Virus record (IMG/VR): IMGVR_UViG_3300010222_000005
Location: 1-52,879 of that record
DNA from: a virus
Taxonomy: Duplodnaviria; Caudoviricetes
Reading direction: 5' to 3' (one strand)
Length of the DNA stretch: 52,879 nt
Below, piece after piece: positions 18,168-28,655 of the stretch. The notes beneath the pieces are model-generated. The model had not been told where the DNA came from. It saw nothing but the letters and a program-made list of their open reading frames with translations, and did not search any database. Each line of letters starts with the position of its first letter. The stretch's first letter is position 1. The position numbers and the translations under genes were made by a program.

Positions 18168-19503
18168 GGCATCAACCGCCGACCGGCCGACGGCGTCGGT
18201 CTATTATAAGTGGACTGACTACCAGGCCCACGTCCGGGATGCGCTGGAGAGCGGCGAGTACGATCTCGTCGTCCTTCGGATCGGCTACGGAGGTGGAAAG
18301 TCACGGTGTGGTGCGCAGTGGATTCATCGCGGCGCGATGGACGACGGGGAGGGCGCCGGCGAGTCGGTCGTGATGGCGCAGGACTACGAGAAGGGCAAGT
18401 CGACGACGTACAGCGTCTTCTTCAAAACGCTACCTGGCGAGGACACTAACCCGTTCAAGGACGGCGACCCGGAGAACAGCCCGCTGGTCGCGACGTACAA
18501 CAAGGTCGACAAGCGGCTGGTGTACGTCACCGGCCACGTCACATGGCTCGGTGGGGCGGACAATTGGAGTCGATTTGCAGGCGGGGAGTACTGCCGGATC
18601 TGGTGCGACGAGGTCGCCCACTATCCGGACGCCCAGAACACCGACCTGTACGACCTCCACGAGATGCTGACGACGCGGCAGCGGACGGGCGTCGGTCCGA
18701 ACTCAACGCTGTGGACGTCGACGGGCAACGGCTTCAATCAGTACTACGATATCACGGAACGGCAGGTCCAGCCCGACGGTGATGGCGGCGAGGAGGAGCT
18801 TCCGTGGGCCGATCGGATGAAGGTCGTGATCGCCAGCACGGAGCACAACACGCTGCTCCCGAAACACGGTCTTGAGAAGATTAAGCGGCAGTTCAAGGAC
18901 ACGCCGCGAGAGAAGCAGGGCCTTCACGGCAGGTTCGCCGCTGCAGAGGGCCTCGTCTACAGCGACTTTTCCCGTGCGAAGCACGTCCATCCCTGCTCCG
19001 AGATCAGCATCGTGTCTGACTGGCGAGTGTATGGATACGACTATGGGTGGAAGGACCCCCGCGTCATCATTGAGTTCGCGAAGACGCAAGCTGACCAGTA
19101 CGTCGCCTGGGACTGCTACTACCGTGCGGGGAAGCCCGTCGAGGACGCAATCGCGTGGCTGCGGCAGAACGATAAACCCGCTGGCCAGATGTACTGCGAT
19201 CACGACCCTGAGCATATTGACAAGTTCCGGCAGGCGGGCTACGACGCGGCGGCCGCCGAGAAGAACCTCGATGAAGGTATCAGCGAAGTGCAGGACGTTC
19301 TTGAGGTGGACGCCAACATCGGCCCGGGCCTGCTGGTCGTTGACGAACTGACCGAGCTGATCCAAGAGTTCCAGTCCTACAAGGAGGACGACGTCGGGAC
19401 TGCCCGGGCCGATGATCACTGTCTTGACGTGACGCGGTACGCCATCATGGGTGACCGCTATGTCGAGGAGGATAGCGGCCCTAGCGGCTCGGGTACGTGG
19501 TGA
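18160..19503 (+). CDS. terL: Terminase large subunit
   Basis: Walker A GYGGGKS, Walker B WCDE, coupling motif TST, nuclease motifs GYDYG and DDHCLDVTRY. Confidence 0.95.
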   Translation: MSRASTADRPTASVYYKWTDYQAHVRDALESGEYDLVVLRIGYGGGKSRCGAQWIHRGAMDDGEGAGESVVMAQDYEKGKSTTYSVFFKTLPGEDTNPFKDGDPENSPLVATYNKVDKRLVYVTGHVTWLGGADNWSRFAGGEYCRIWCDEVAHYPDAQNTDLYDLHEMLTTRQRTGVGPNSTLWTSTGNGFNQYYDITERQVQPDGDGGEEELPWADRMKVVIASTEHNTLLPKHGLEKIKRQFKDTPREKQGLHGRFAAAEGLVYSDFSRAKHVHPCSEISIVSDWRVYGYDYGWKDPRVIIEFAKTQADQYVAWDCYYRAGKPVEDAIAWLRQNDKPAGQMYCDHDPEHIDKFRQAGYDAAAAEKNLDEGISEVQDVLEVDANIGPGLLVVDELTELIQEFQSYKEDDVGTARADDHCLDVTRYAIMGDRYVEEDSGPSGSGTW

Positions 19504-20930
19504 TCTACATGAGTACGATAGACGATGCCGACGATGAGCCGCCTGAGGAGTTGCTCGGAAGCGACGGGCTTGCGACCCGCCAAGAGTACCAGATGCGGTT
19601 CGCCCTGGCGCAGGCGCTGGGCGAGAATCTACCGGGCGACGATGACTACTACGAGGTCTTCAACTGGAATAAAGACCCCAGCGTTGAGGACTTCTATGCG
19701 CTGGCGCTGCGAAACCCCTACGCCTACGCCGTTACGTTTCTCCCCCCGAAGACTGGCTGGCGAGAACCGCCCATCATCAAAGATACCGCAGAGACAGAGA
19801 ATAGCACCGACTTCGAAACCGACCTCGAGGACATCGTCGACGAACACAAGCTTTGGCACTACTGTCTTCGGGCTGACAAGCTCGCCGGCATTGGGAAATT
19901 CGGCGTCCTCGTCATCCAGTTCGACGATATCGAGGGTGCCGACGGTCTCCAAGAGCCAGTCGGCAATCCTGATGGAATCAACGGCTTCCGGCCGTTCTCG
20001 GAGGCCTCGGTCGAAGATGTCAAAGTCGGAGGTCCAGGTAGCGACCGCTGGGGTGAGCCGATCCGCTACAGACTCGACCTCAGTGACGAGAACGAGGAAG
20101 AAAGCGGCGTGATGAGCCGACAGGGGCCGGACGAAATCTGGGTCCACTGGACGCGCGTCATCCACATCTCGTCCGACGAGCTGCTCGACGATGAAATTCG
20201 AGGCGTTGAACGACAACGCCCTGTTCATAACAATCTCATCGATATTGAGAAAGCGCTGGGGTCGGCCGGCGAACTCGCTTATCGGGCCTCGGCGTGGGGC
20301 ATCAACGTCAACATCGACAAGGACTTCCAGCTCGACGACGACGGCAACGAGTTGTCAGAGCACCTCCAGCGTTGGCAGCACGGCCTCGAGAACGTGCTGA
20401 AGACGCACGGCGCTGACGAGGTCAAGAGCCTCGGGGGCGAGGAGATCGACCCGTCGCTTATCACGGACCCGAATATTGAGGCAATCTCCGCACAGACTGG
20501 CATCCCACAGTCGATTCTGAAGGGCAACGAGACGGGTGAGCGAGCGACGACGCAGGACCTTAAGGAGTGGTACGGCAAGATCGGTGAGCGACGGGCCGGG
20601 TTCCAAGAGCCGATGATTGCCCGGCCCATAATCGACCGCCTTCGGACGTACGACATCATCACCGATCCGCAGGGCGGCGGGTATCTCACTGAGTGGCCAC
20701 CGCTGGCGGAAATGGACGAGTCGGACAGGGCCGACATCCGGAAAACACGAGCCGAGGCGCTCAAGACCTGGCCGTTTGCCGAGGACCTGCTCACCCCAGA
20801 GCAGCAGCGGGCGTTCGTCAAGACCGGCGAGCTGCCGACGGAACTGGAGGGCGTCGAACTGCCGGCGCTCGACGAGAGCAGCGACGCGGTCGCACAGTTC
20901 GAGGTGCTCTCCACGCCGTCCGATGACTGA
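19497..20930 (+). CDS. Portal protein (DUF1073-like)
   Basis: Follows TerL; ISAQTGIPQSILKGNETGERATTQDLKEWY and EWPPL motifs. Start may be ATG 19509. Confidence 0.9.
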   Translation: MVIYMSTIDDADDEPPEELLGSDGLATRQEYQMRFALAQALGENLPGDDDYYEVFNWNKDPSVEDFYALALRNPYAYAVTFLPPKTGWREPPIIKDTAETENSTDFETDLEDIVDEHKLWHYCLRADKLAGIGKFGVLVIQFDDIEGADGLQEPVGNPDGINGFRPFSEASVEDVKVGGPGSDRWGEPIRYRLDLSDENEEESGVMSRQGPDEIWVHWTRVIHISSDELLDDEIRGVERQRPVHNNLIDIEKALGSAGELAYRASAWGINVNIDKDFQLDDDGNELSEHLQRWQHGLENVLKTHGADEVKSLGGEEIDPSLITDPNIEAISAQTGIPQSILKGNETGERATTQDLKEWYGKIGERRAGFQEPMIARPIIDRLRTYDIITDPQGGGYLTEWPPLAEMDESDRADIRKTRAEALKTWPFAEDLLTPEQQRAFVKTGELPTELEGVELPALDESSDAVAQFEVLSTPSDD

Positions 20931-20932
20931 CC

Positions 20933-21943
20933 ATGGCGGAGCACTTGCACGCGAACCGCCACCGGAGCGGTGACCCGACCCGGACGACGACAATCCGGCG
21001 GACGTACGCGCAGCGGCTGCGGGGTGCCTTCGGACGGATCAACACGGCAATTCGCCAGGCCGTCCGCGACGAGGACATCTTCGGACTCTCGGATGCCAAT
21101 CCAGCCGACGCCCCTGACGGTCTTGAGGTGTTCGCCGACATCGACGGACCGGGCGACCTCGCGTCACTGTCACCGGGCGAGCAGACCCGCCGCTTCGAGG
21201 ACTGGCTCGACGATGTCCAAGACTCGGACGTGCTGGCGGTGATTGCTCGCGACGAGAACCGCTTTATCCAGCGGGCCTACGAACGCGGCCTCGAGGATGG
21301 CGAGGTGAATCTGCGGCGAGCGGGCATCGACACATCGGATGCGCTGGCGGTTCAAGGGGCGCTGAACTTACCGGTCCACGAAGACACGCTGCAACGGCTG
21401 TTCGCCCGCAACTTTGCGGAACTCGATGGTATTACCGACGAGGTCGCCCGGCAGGCCACACGCGAGCTGGCCGACGGGATGGCCGAGGGGGTCAACCCTA
21501 ACGAGATGGCCCGCCGGATCACGGACCGCGTCGATGCAGTCGGGAAAACGCGGGCGACGGTACTGGCGCGGACCGAGACGATCAACGCCTATACCGAGTC
21601 GACGCTCAACCGCTACGAGCGGTTCGGCGCCGACGGCGTGACGGTCCAGGCTGAGTTCACGACCGCCGGCGACAGCGATGTCTGCGCGGTGTGCCAGGCG
21701 CTTGAGGGGACGACCCGGACCATCGAAGATGTCCGGTCGGAGTCGTTCACCGTCGACGGATCGGAGTTCCCGGTCAAGCCGCCAGTACACCCGCAGTGCC
21801 GGTGTGCGCTGCTGCCGGTGACGAGCACGACCGCTGCAGCGGCGGTCGAAGCTCATCCGGCGGCCTTCCAGACGCTGTTCGCGACCGGCGCGTTCGCCGG
21901 GTCGGACGCCGAGCAGCGCTACGCGGCCTTGGCCGCGGCGTAA
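20933..21943 (+). CDS. SPP1 gp7 / MuF-like minor head protein
   Basis: DPTRT, RATVLARTE, VCAVC, PPVHPQCRC. Confidence 0.92.
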   Translation: MAEHLHANRHRSGDPTRTTTIRRTYAQRLRGAFGRINTAIRQAVRDEDIFGLSDANPADAPDGLEVFADIDGPGDLASLSPGEQTRRFEDWLDDVQDSDVLAVIARDENRFIQRAYERGLEDGEVNLRRAGIDTSDALAVQGALNLPVHEDTLQRLFARNFAELDGITDEVARQATRELADGMAEGVNPNEMARRITDRVDAVGKTRATVLARTETINAYTESTLNRYERFGADGVTVQAEFTTAGDSDVCAVCQALEGTTRTIEDVRSESFTVDGSEFPVKPPVHPQCRCALLPVTSTTAAAAVEAHPAAFQTLFATGAFAGSDAEQRYAALAAA

Positions 21944-22040
21944 CCTGACTCAGGTAAATCGAACTGGTCTGTGGCCGATGACCCCCGCACGACACCCTCC
22001 ATGAGCATGGAGAAGGGCGAGGACCTGGGCCGGAGTCACT

Positions 22041-23369
22041 ATGGAAAATCACGATCTTCGCGTCTCGGCGCGAACGGCGCGCCTGCTCGCCAGCGACGGC
22101 GATGACGACGGCCCACCGTGGCGGTTTTCGGGTCTCGCCGTCGCTGCGGGCGACATCCTTCACATGGAGGACGGGACACCGGTCCTGTTCACCGCGGAGG
22201 AGCTCCGAAACGCAGCCGAGACTCAGGCAGAGGAACCGCTTACGACCGACCATCCGACGGACGACAACGGCACCCCGCAGTATCCGCCGCCGACTGACGA
22301 AACGGTCGGCAAGGTCCAGCGCGCCGGCTGGCTCGAAAGTCAGCAGGCCGTCGGGTACGACGCCACGACGCACGACGAGGACGTCGCCGAGGGTGTTCGG
22401 GCCGGCACGTTCGACGTGTCCGTCCACCCGACGTTCACGCTCGGCTCGGAGGACCCAGAGACGGGCGCCAGGATTGCCGAGAACATCGAGTTCCGCGATC
22501 TGTCAGTCGTCTCGAAGGGTGACTCTCCGTCGAACACGGCCGAGTGGGGGCCCTCGCAGGCGCTGGCGTCCTACACGGCGACCCACGACATCGGCGCCGA
22601 GCTGACGGCCGACGACTCGGATACAGCCGATGCCGGCGCCGATAAGAAGGGCCTCGTCCAGAGCGCTGTTCACGGCACGCTCCAGGCGGTTGGCCTCAAG
22701 CCATCGGCTGTCGACGACCCGGCCGCGGACGCTGACAGCGGGATGGGCGATGCCGACCCCGGCGGGTCGGATGGTAGCGGCTCGGACAGCGACATAACCG
22801 ACGATTCTGACACAGACATGCACGACGACACTCGAGAGCAGCACGTCGAGTTCCTGACCGCCAACGCGGGCTTCGAGGAGGAGTCCGTCGAGGCGATGGA
22901 CGACGACGTGCTCGAACGGACGTACGAACTCGCCGCCGAAAACGCCGGCTCCACGGACGGTGCTGGCGACGGCGGTAGCACCGACAGCGATCCGGACGAC
23001 GACCCGGACGACGACGTGACCACGCTCGCCGACATGACCGTCGACGAGCTGGGCGAGGCCCTCGAAGAGCAGGGCTTCGTCACGCAGGACAACGCCGACG
23101 ATCTCGTCGCGTCGGTCCAGGAGCAGCGGAGCAAGGCTGAGATGATCGACGAAATCATCGCCGCCTCCGCGGACTACGACGAGGACGACCGCGAGGCGCT
23201 GATGGCGTCGGCCGACAAGGTCGTCGACCGAGAGCACGACCGCGTCACCGGGACGCAGTCATCGCAGCTGCCGGGCAACGCCGGCCTGACGGCCGAGATG
23301 ACGCCAGGGACCGACTCGGAGGCCGACGAGGACCTCGACGAGTACGGGACCGGGGCCGCGGACTACTGA
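22041..23369 (+). CDS. Prohead protease/scaffold (DUF2213-like)
   Basis: Position between gp7 and capsid; DHP, DVS and DLSVVSKG motifs; long acidic scaffold-like C-terminus. Confidence 0.75.
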   Translation: MENHDLRVSARTARLLASDGDDDGPPWRFSGLAVAAGDILHMEDGTPVLFTAEELRNAAETQAEEPLTTDHPTDDNGTPQYPPPTDETVGKVQRAGWLESQQAVGYDATTHDEDVAEGVRAGTFDVSVHPTFTLGSEDPETGARIAENIEFRDLSVVSKGDSPSNTAEWGPSQALASYTATHDIGAELTADDSDTADAGADKKGLVQSAVHGTLQAVGLKPSAVDDPAADADSGMGDADPGGSDGSGSDSDITDDSDTDMHDDTREQHVEFLTANAGFEEESVEAMDDDVLERTYELAAENAGSTDGAGDGGSTDSDPDDDPDDDVTTLADMTVDELGEALEEQGFVTQDNADDLVASVQEQRSKAEMIDEIIAASADYDEDDREALMASADKVVDREHDRVTGTQSSQLPGNAGLTAEMTPGTDSEADEDLDEYGTGAADY

Positions 23370-23380
23370 GGTGAGCACGA

Positions 23381-23872
23381 ATGGCACCCCTTTCTACTGA
23401 GAACTCGGTCGTTGCACAGACCAACGATGCCGAGGACTACGACGAAGGCAGCGCGAACGAAGTCCTCGAGCCCGGACAGGGCGTCGAACGCGGCCAGGGC
23501 GGCTTCGATGCTGCCGGCTTGGACGCCAAGACCAAGCGCGTCGTCCGCGAGCAGCGCAACCCCGGCAGTCGGGGCATCGAGGACGACCAGAGCCCGCTCG
23601 CCAAGACCTACGCGAGCGGCGAGAACGCCGAGACGGTCGGCTTCCAGAGCCACGACCAGGCGCGGTGTCTCCTGGCCTACGCCGACGTCGACGCCGACGG
23701 GACCGACGATACGTACAACGAGGGCGATGAGCTCGGCTGGAACGCTGACGGGTACCTCGAGACCACCGATGGCGGCGCCCCGACCGAGGCGGTCGCCGTC
23801 ATCGCGCAGGAAGACAGCGTCACGATGAGCCAGGGCGACGACCCGGTTCACGTGACCGTGGAGTTCCTCTAG
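23381..23872 (+). CDS. Capsid decoration/cement protein (putative)
   Basis: Size and position directly before the MCP; GAGGTGA Shine-Dalgarno. Confidence 0.65.
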   Translation: MAPLSTENSVVAQTNDAEDYDEGSANEVLEPGQGVERGQGGFDAAGLDAKTKRVVREQRNPGSRGIEDDQSPLAKTYASGENAETVGFQSHDQARCLLAYADVDADGTDDTYNEGDELGWNADGYLETTDGGAPTEAVAVIAQEDSVTMSQGDDPVHVTVEFL

Positions 23873-23876
23873 AACC

Positions 23877-25022
23877 ATGCAGGGCAACATCACGACGCAC
23901 GGGGGTACGCAGGCCGACAGCTTCGACACACCGTCGCAGCTGCACGCGGCCGCGCTGTTCAACCCCGTCAAGAAGACGCGGGAACAGGCACTCAAGCAGA
24001 TTCGGGCGAACTCGCCGTTCTCACCCGAGCAGTGGGAACAGCTCGACCAGGAGGTCGGAATCGAGGGTCCCGAGGCGGAGCTGACGGCCGACTCGGCTAT
24101 CACGGTCGACTCCTGGCAGGAGTACGCCGACATGATCCTCGACGACCAGTTCGTCGAGTCCACAATCATCGACCAGCTGCTCGGGTCGGGCTTCGGCGTC
24201 TCGACATCGCTGTTCCGGTACGCCTACTTCGACCGGCTCCGGAGCGAGCGGCTCGACGCGAACGTCAGCATGAACGCCCGGTCGCGGAGCACGCAGGAGA
24301 TGCCCGCCCATGGGCTACACGGCGTCCCGCTGTGGATCCACCACGTCGACTACGAGTTCGACGCTCGGGAGTACCAGAATGCCCAGCAGTTCGGTGACGA
24401 CCTCGACGGCTCGATCGGACGGGAGGCCCGGCGGGCGCTCAACCGCTCCGAGCACAACATGCTCTGGAATGGCGAGGGCCGCACCATCAACACCGACCGT
24501 GGCACACTGCAGGTCACGGGGATGGACACTGACGACGACCTCGTGCTCCAGGGGGCCTCCTCGAACGGCTGGGACGGAACGCCGAACGAGGTGCTCGCGG
24601 ACTTCAAGGAGATTCACGACACGGTTGAGGAGCAGACCGATGTCCAGGATACCGACGACGTCCCGCTGGTTTCGGAGGTCGGCGGCTGGGTCTTCGTCCC
24701 GCGCAAGCAGTGGGGCATCGTTGACCGCGAGGACTACGAGACCCAGGCCGCGGACGAGCCGATCTGGGATCGCATCGAGCGGAAGTATCCCTACCTGAAC
24801 GTCGTGCCGGCACCGCGGCTGGACAGCGACTCGCTGCTCCTGCTGCTCAACGACACGCGGTACTTCCAGATCGTCAACGCGCAGGGCGTCACCAACACCA
24901 ACTGGGAGGTCGACGGCGGCTTCGGCCTCCGGAACAAGACGCTCTCCAGTCGGACGCCGTTCGTTCGCCGCACGCCGGACGGCATCCGCGGCATCGCCCG
25001 GATCACCGGCATCGACTCGTAA
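23877..25022 (+). CDS. Major capsid protein (HK97 fold inferred)
   Basis: 381 aa in the canonical position; GVPLWIHHVDYEFDARE and GIARITGI resemble haloviral capsid proteins. Confidence 0.85.
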   Translation: MQGNITTHGGTQADSFDTPSQLHAAALFNPVKKTREQALKQIRANSPFSPEQWEQLDQEVGIEGPEAELTADSAITVDSWQEYADMILDDQFVESTIIDQLLGSGFGVSTSLFRYAYFDRLRSERLDANVSMNARSRSTQEMPAHGLHGVPLWIHHVDYEFDAREYQNAQQFGDDLDGSIGREARRALNRSEHNMLWNGEGRTINTDRGTLQVTGMDTDDDLVLQGASSNGWDGTPNEVLADFKEIHDTVEEQTDVQDTDDVPLVSEVGGWVFVPRKQWGIVDREDYETQAADEPIWDRIERKYPYLNVVPAPRLDSDSLLLLLNDTRYFQIVNAQGVTNTNWEVDGGFGLRNKTLSSRTPFVRRTPDGIRGIARITGIDS

Positions 25023-25024
25023 CA

Positions 25025-25444
25025 ATGTCTGACGACATCCGGGTCCGGGTCGACCGACCGCAGTTCCGGTACGATAAAGAGCAGTACACCGAGGGTGACG
25101 AACTCGACGTGGAACCGCGGGTTCTGGAGCGACATCCGAACTCGCTGGCTCGCGTCGACGAGACCGGCCCCGACACCGAGGAGTCTGCCTCCGCCGACGA
25201 GCCAGCTGATGACTCGTCAGACGGTGATAAGCCGGCGGATGGGGGCGAACCTGATGGCGACGAGAAACCCGACGCTGATCCGCACCCGTCGGAGCTCACG
25301 GTCAGCGAGCTACGAAATCGTGTCGACGACGTCGACGACCCGGCGCTCTTGGAGGCGATTCTTGGGGCCGAGCAGGAGGGCGACAGTCGGACGACCGCGG
25401 TTGAGGCCATCGAGGCCCGGCTCGACGCAGTCCAAGAGGAGTAA
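25025..25444 (+). CDS. Small head-associated protein
   Basis: YTEGDELDV N-domain plus ELTVSELR...E...RTTAVEAI helical domain, often seen after an MCP. Confidence 0.7.
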   Translation: MSDDIRVRVDRPQFRYDKEQYTEGDELDVEPRVLERHPNSLARVDETGPDTEESASADEPADDSSDGDKPADGGEPDGDEKPDADPHPSELTVSELRNRVDDVDDPALLEAILGAEQEGDSRTTAVEAIEARLDAVQEE

Positions 25445-25453
25445 CGTGACCCC

Positions 25454-25819
25454 ATGCCACGAACCACCCGCCCGGAAGTGCAGGACATCTTCGACACGAC
25501 GCTGGATAAACAGGCGCTCGAATCGTGGATCGAGATCGCCACCGAGTTCGTTGACGACATCGCGGCCGCCGACAGTTCGGTTAGCGACACACGCCTCGAG
25601 AAGATCGAGAAACTGGTGGCGGCCCATCTGGCAGCGACGCAAGACCCGCGTGTCGAGAAAGAAAGCCGAGACAGCGCCAGTGCAAGCTACGAGGGTGAGA
25701 CGGGTATGCGAATCAACGCATCGACTTACGGTCAGCAGGCGGCCATGCTGGACCCGACTGGAACGCTCGTTGATGCGGGTCGCCAGACAGCCTTGATTAC
25801 CGTTCCGAGGACGCGATAA
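25454..25819 (+). CDS. Head-tail adaptor
   Basis: IEKLVAAHL...STYGQQAAMLDPTGTL. Confidence 0.8.
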   Translation: MPRTTRPEVQDIFDTTLDKQALESWIEIATEFVDDIAAADSSVSDTRLEKIEKLVAAHLAATQDPRVEKESRDSASASYEGETGMRINASTYGQQAAMLDPTGTLVDAGRQTALITVPRTR

Positions 25820-25822
25820 CCG

Positions 25823-26215
25823 ATGGCGACCTCGCTTGCACAGCTGGCCGGCTTCTCCAGACTCCTCTCAGACCTTGACGATCTCCGCGATCTGATCAAG
25901 GCGTCCGGTGGCTGGGTCGTCGGCACGAATACTGAGTATGGCTTCTGGCTCGAGGTCGGAACGCGGGATATGCCGGCATATCCGTGGCTGCGGCCTGCGG
26001 TCCGCGATGTCGTTGAGAACGAAGCCGACCAACTCGCTGACGAAGCAGCGTCGACGGAAGGATTTGTCAAAAAGTTGGCTCTCGCTATCGAGCGACAGGC
26101 CAAAGAGAACGTGTCCGCTGACCGGGGCAACGACCGGTCACCGGGGACACATCCCGATCACCCCACGCGACAGTCGTCAACGCTGGTGAACTCCATCAAG
26201 GCGGTGCAGCTATGA
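25823..26215 (+). CDS. HK97 gp10-like neck protein
   Basis: VGTNTEYGFWLEVGTRDMPAYPWLRPA. Confidence 0.85.
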   Translation: MATSLAQLAGFSRLLSDLDDLRDLIKASGGWVVGTNTEYGFWLEVGTRDMPAYPWLRPAVRDVVENEADQLADEAASTEGFVKKLALAIERQAKENVSADRGNDRSPGTHPDHPTRQSSTLVNSIKAVQL

Positions 26216-26601
26216 GTCGGTTTGACGCTACCTCGAAGCGGATGCTGCGCCGGCTAGGGCGGGAGATAACGCTCCAAAACCAATCTGCCCGGACCGACGC
26301 CAACGGCAGCGTCGAACGCGACGACCACGGCAACGTGGTCTGGACAGACCCTGTTGAGACGACGGCCATGGCTGAGGTCATTCAGCGCGGGACCCCGTCT
26401 TATCGGCGACGCGTCGAAGGCATCGATAGTAATGCTGATGTAATCGTCTGGGCCGACGCGGACACCACGCTCACGGACGGTGTGGGCGACGAGGCGACGC
26501 GAGCGACGCGTATCAAAGACAGTGGTGACACCTTCGTCGTCCGAGACACATTCCACGAAAACAACGGACTCGTTCGGGCCCACGCAGTCAAGGAGGCCTA
26601 A
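26212..26601 (+). CDS. Head closure/stopper protein (putative)
   Basis: Size, beta-rich sequence and position. Confidence 0.6.
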   Translation: MSRFDATSKRMLRRLGREITLQNQSARTDANGSVERDDHGNVVWTDPVETTAMAEVIQRGTPSYRRRVEGIDSNADVIVWADADTTLTDGVGDEATRATRIKDSGDTFVVRDTFHENNGLVRAHAVKEA

Positions 26602-26604
26602 CCG

Positions 26605-27096
26605 ATGCCACTGCTGGACCGTGAGGCGAGTCTCATCCTGCGGGATCTCCTGCAGACTGACTGGAAGACGTCCAACGTCGATGAAGAGTTCAACCCTGTT
26701 TGGATTTCGACCGGCCGGTACGATAACGATACCGACTACCCAGAGGTGACGCTGTCGAGTTTCGACGAAGACACGTCGCCGACAGGCATCGACCCCGGTG
26801 GCAAAGGGCTCACGTCGTGGATTGACGGCACCGGGAATATCGGTGTCTGGGTGCCGTACACGGACGACTATCGGTCGGCTGGGCCAGCGAAGTCATTCCG
26901 GTATCAACTGGCTCGAGAGGTCCACCGCATCATGCAGAACAACGCGGAGGGGACGACGACCGATGCCGGCGAGCCGGAGCTCACGCGGATTGAGACTGGG
27001 ACTGTTCAACAGTTCGTTGAAGAGAACGAAGACGAACCGCCCATCTTCCGAGCGATTGTCCCAGTTGGCTACGGGTACCACTCTCGGCCAGAGTGA
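26605..27096 (+). CDS. Tail terminator/completion protein (putative)
   Basis: Size and position before the tail tube. Confidence 0.6.
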   Translation: MPLLDREASLILRDLLQTDWKTSNVDEEFNPVWISTGRYDNDTDYPEVTLSSFDEDTSPTGIDPGGKGLTSWIDGTGNIGVWVPYTDDYRSAGPAKSFRYQLAREVHRIMQNNAEGTTTDAGEPELTRIETGTVQQFVEENEDEPPIFRAIVPVGYGYHSRPE

Positions 27097-27232
27097 TACC
27101 CCGACAGCGCAGCGCGCACTGATGAGGGCCTTGGCCTGGGCCTGACATCCGAATACAGGCTGGACCCGTGGCGACGGAACGTCGCTGCGACTCTTCATAC
27201 TTGGCGCTCGGTGCTGACGGGCGCCGCTCACG

Positions 27233-27415
27233 ATGTGGATCAAAAACACCAACCCCGCCTCAAGGCAGGTCTACGACGCTGAGTTGATGGACGAGCCGGT
27301 CTCGTTCAGCGAGAACGGGACGGCTCAAGTGCCGAGCGATGTCGGGGAGGCGCTCATCGCCCATTACGAGGCGATTGAACCACACAGCGACAACAATAGC
27401 GACGATCAGACATGA
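27233..27415 (+). CDS. Small tail-region protein
   Basis: 60 aa, ATGA-coupled to the tail tube gene. Confidence 0.7.
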   Translation: MWIKNTNPASRQVYDAELMDEPVSFSENGTAQVPSDVGEALIAHYEAIEPHSDNNSDDQT

Positions 27416-28650
27416 GTACTCGACAGACGCCCGAAAGCGGGCTTCGATTCGACCGTGTTGGCTTCCTCAGAGAAGACACCACTGGCCAGATTCAGTCGGA
27501 CCCGGACTGGCAGTATCACAGTGATGACTACATCTCCTTCACGTGGTCGCCGTCGCCCGGATCAACGCGCCGGGACGGCCTTGGAACGCCGGATCCGACC
27601 GGTCACGATGTCGGTAACGAAGAGCACGAACTGACGACCGCCTACCGGCTGCAGCAAGCGCTCGTGGACGGAAATGGCGACCCGCTCGACGCCGCCGGCG
27701 ACGCGTTTGTCCGGAACGCCGACAACCAGATTCCGAACACGCACGGTATTCTGGCTCGCGAGCAGCGGACGACTAAAAGCCCGGACGACCCCAGCGATGT
27801 CCGGGGGGCCCGCGTCTACACGGTGGCGAAGGGTGGCTATCCGAACCTCAGTGTTGAGGCTGACCCTGAGAATGACGAGCCGATCCCGGCCGAGCTGACT
27901 TACCAGTTCGAGAAGATTCGCTCATATGAAATCCTTCAGCCGGCCAGCGAGTCAGAGCTGGCGGTCGTCTCGACGGACGACTCGGACACGATGGACATCG
28001 TCATCGAGGACGAGGGCGCCAGCAAGACCGAGAGGCTGACGCTCAACGGGACGACGGAGGTCACGACGACTGACACCGACTGGACCGACATCGACGCTGT
28101 CGAGCTCGTCTCGGAGGCTACTGGTGACGTCACGCTGAAGATTAGCGGTGGGTCGGACCTCATGACGATTCGCGGCGCCAGCCATTACTCTAGCGACGAC
28201 CAGGATCTCGAGGGCGACCTAGGTGTGCCGGTGCTTGGATCCGGCAGCCACCCGAGCACGACTGGGTCGTCGTTCGAACACTTCCAGGGCGATTCGGTGC
28301 AGCGAAACAGCGCCGACATCGCCTACGACCTGAACAATATCGTCCTTGAGGTGACGAACAACTACGATATGACGTCACGGCACGGCTCCGTTCGAATGCG
28401 GATCAACGAGGGCAACCGTGATGTCCTGTTCACTTCAGATGTCATCGGCGAGGCCGAGTCCCACGACTACATCATGGAGTCGCTGACGGCCGGTGACGAG
28501 GACATCACCTGGACGCTTTCGAACACCATCTTCAACCTGAACTCAAGTGCGGTGTCAGACTCGCCTGAGCGGACGCGAGAAAGCGATGGGGCCGCGGCGG
28601 CAATCAGTGTCGAGTTCCGCAGCGAAGACCCCAACGTGGCGCCAGCCTGA
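27412..28650 (+). CDS. Major tail tube protein
   Basis: 412 aa, directly upstream of the chaperone and tape measure genes. Confidence 0.75.
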   Translation: MSTRQTPESGLRFDRVGFLREDTTGQIQSDPDWQYHSDDYISFTWSPSPGSTRRDGLGTPDPTGHDVGNEEHELTTAYRLQQALVDGNGDPLDAAGDAFVRNADNQIPNTHGILAREQRTTKSPDDPSDVRGARVYTVAKGGYPNLSVEADPENDEPIPAELTYQFEKIRSYEILQPASESELAVVSTDDSDTMDIVIEDEGASKTERLTLNGTTEVTTTDTDWTDIDAVELVSEATGDVTLKISGGSDLMTIRGASHYSSDDQDLEGDLGVPVLGSGSHPSTTGSSFEHFQGDSVQRNSADIAYDLNNIVLEVTNNYDMTSRHGSVRMRINEGNRDVLFTSDVIGEAESHDYIMESLTAGDEDITWTLSNTIFNLNSSAVSDSPERTRESDGAAAAISVEFRSEDPNVAPA

Positions 28651-28655
28651 TTACG

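Noticed and set aside
27119-27150. Hammerhead ribozyme (CTGATGAG)
   Set aside because: No GAAA core after the putative stem II.
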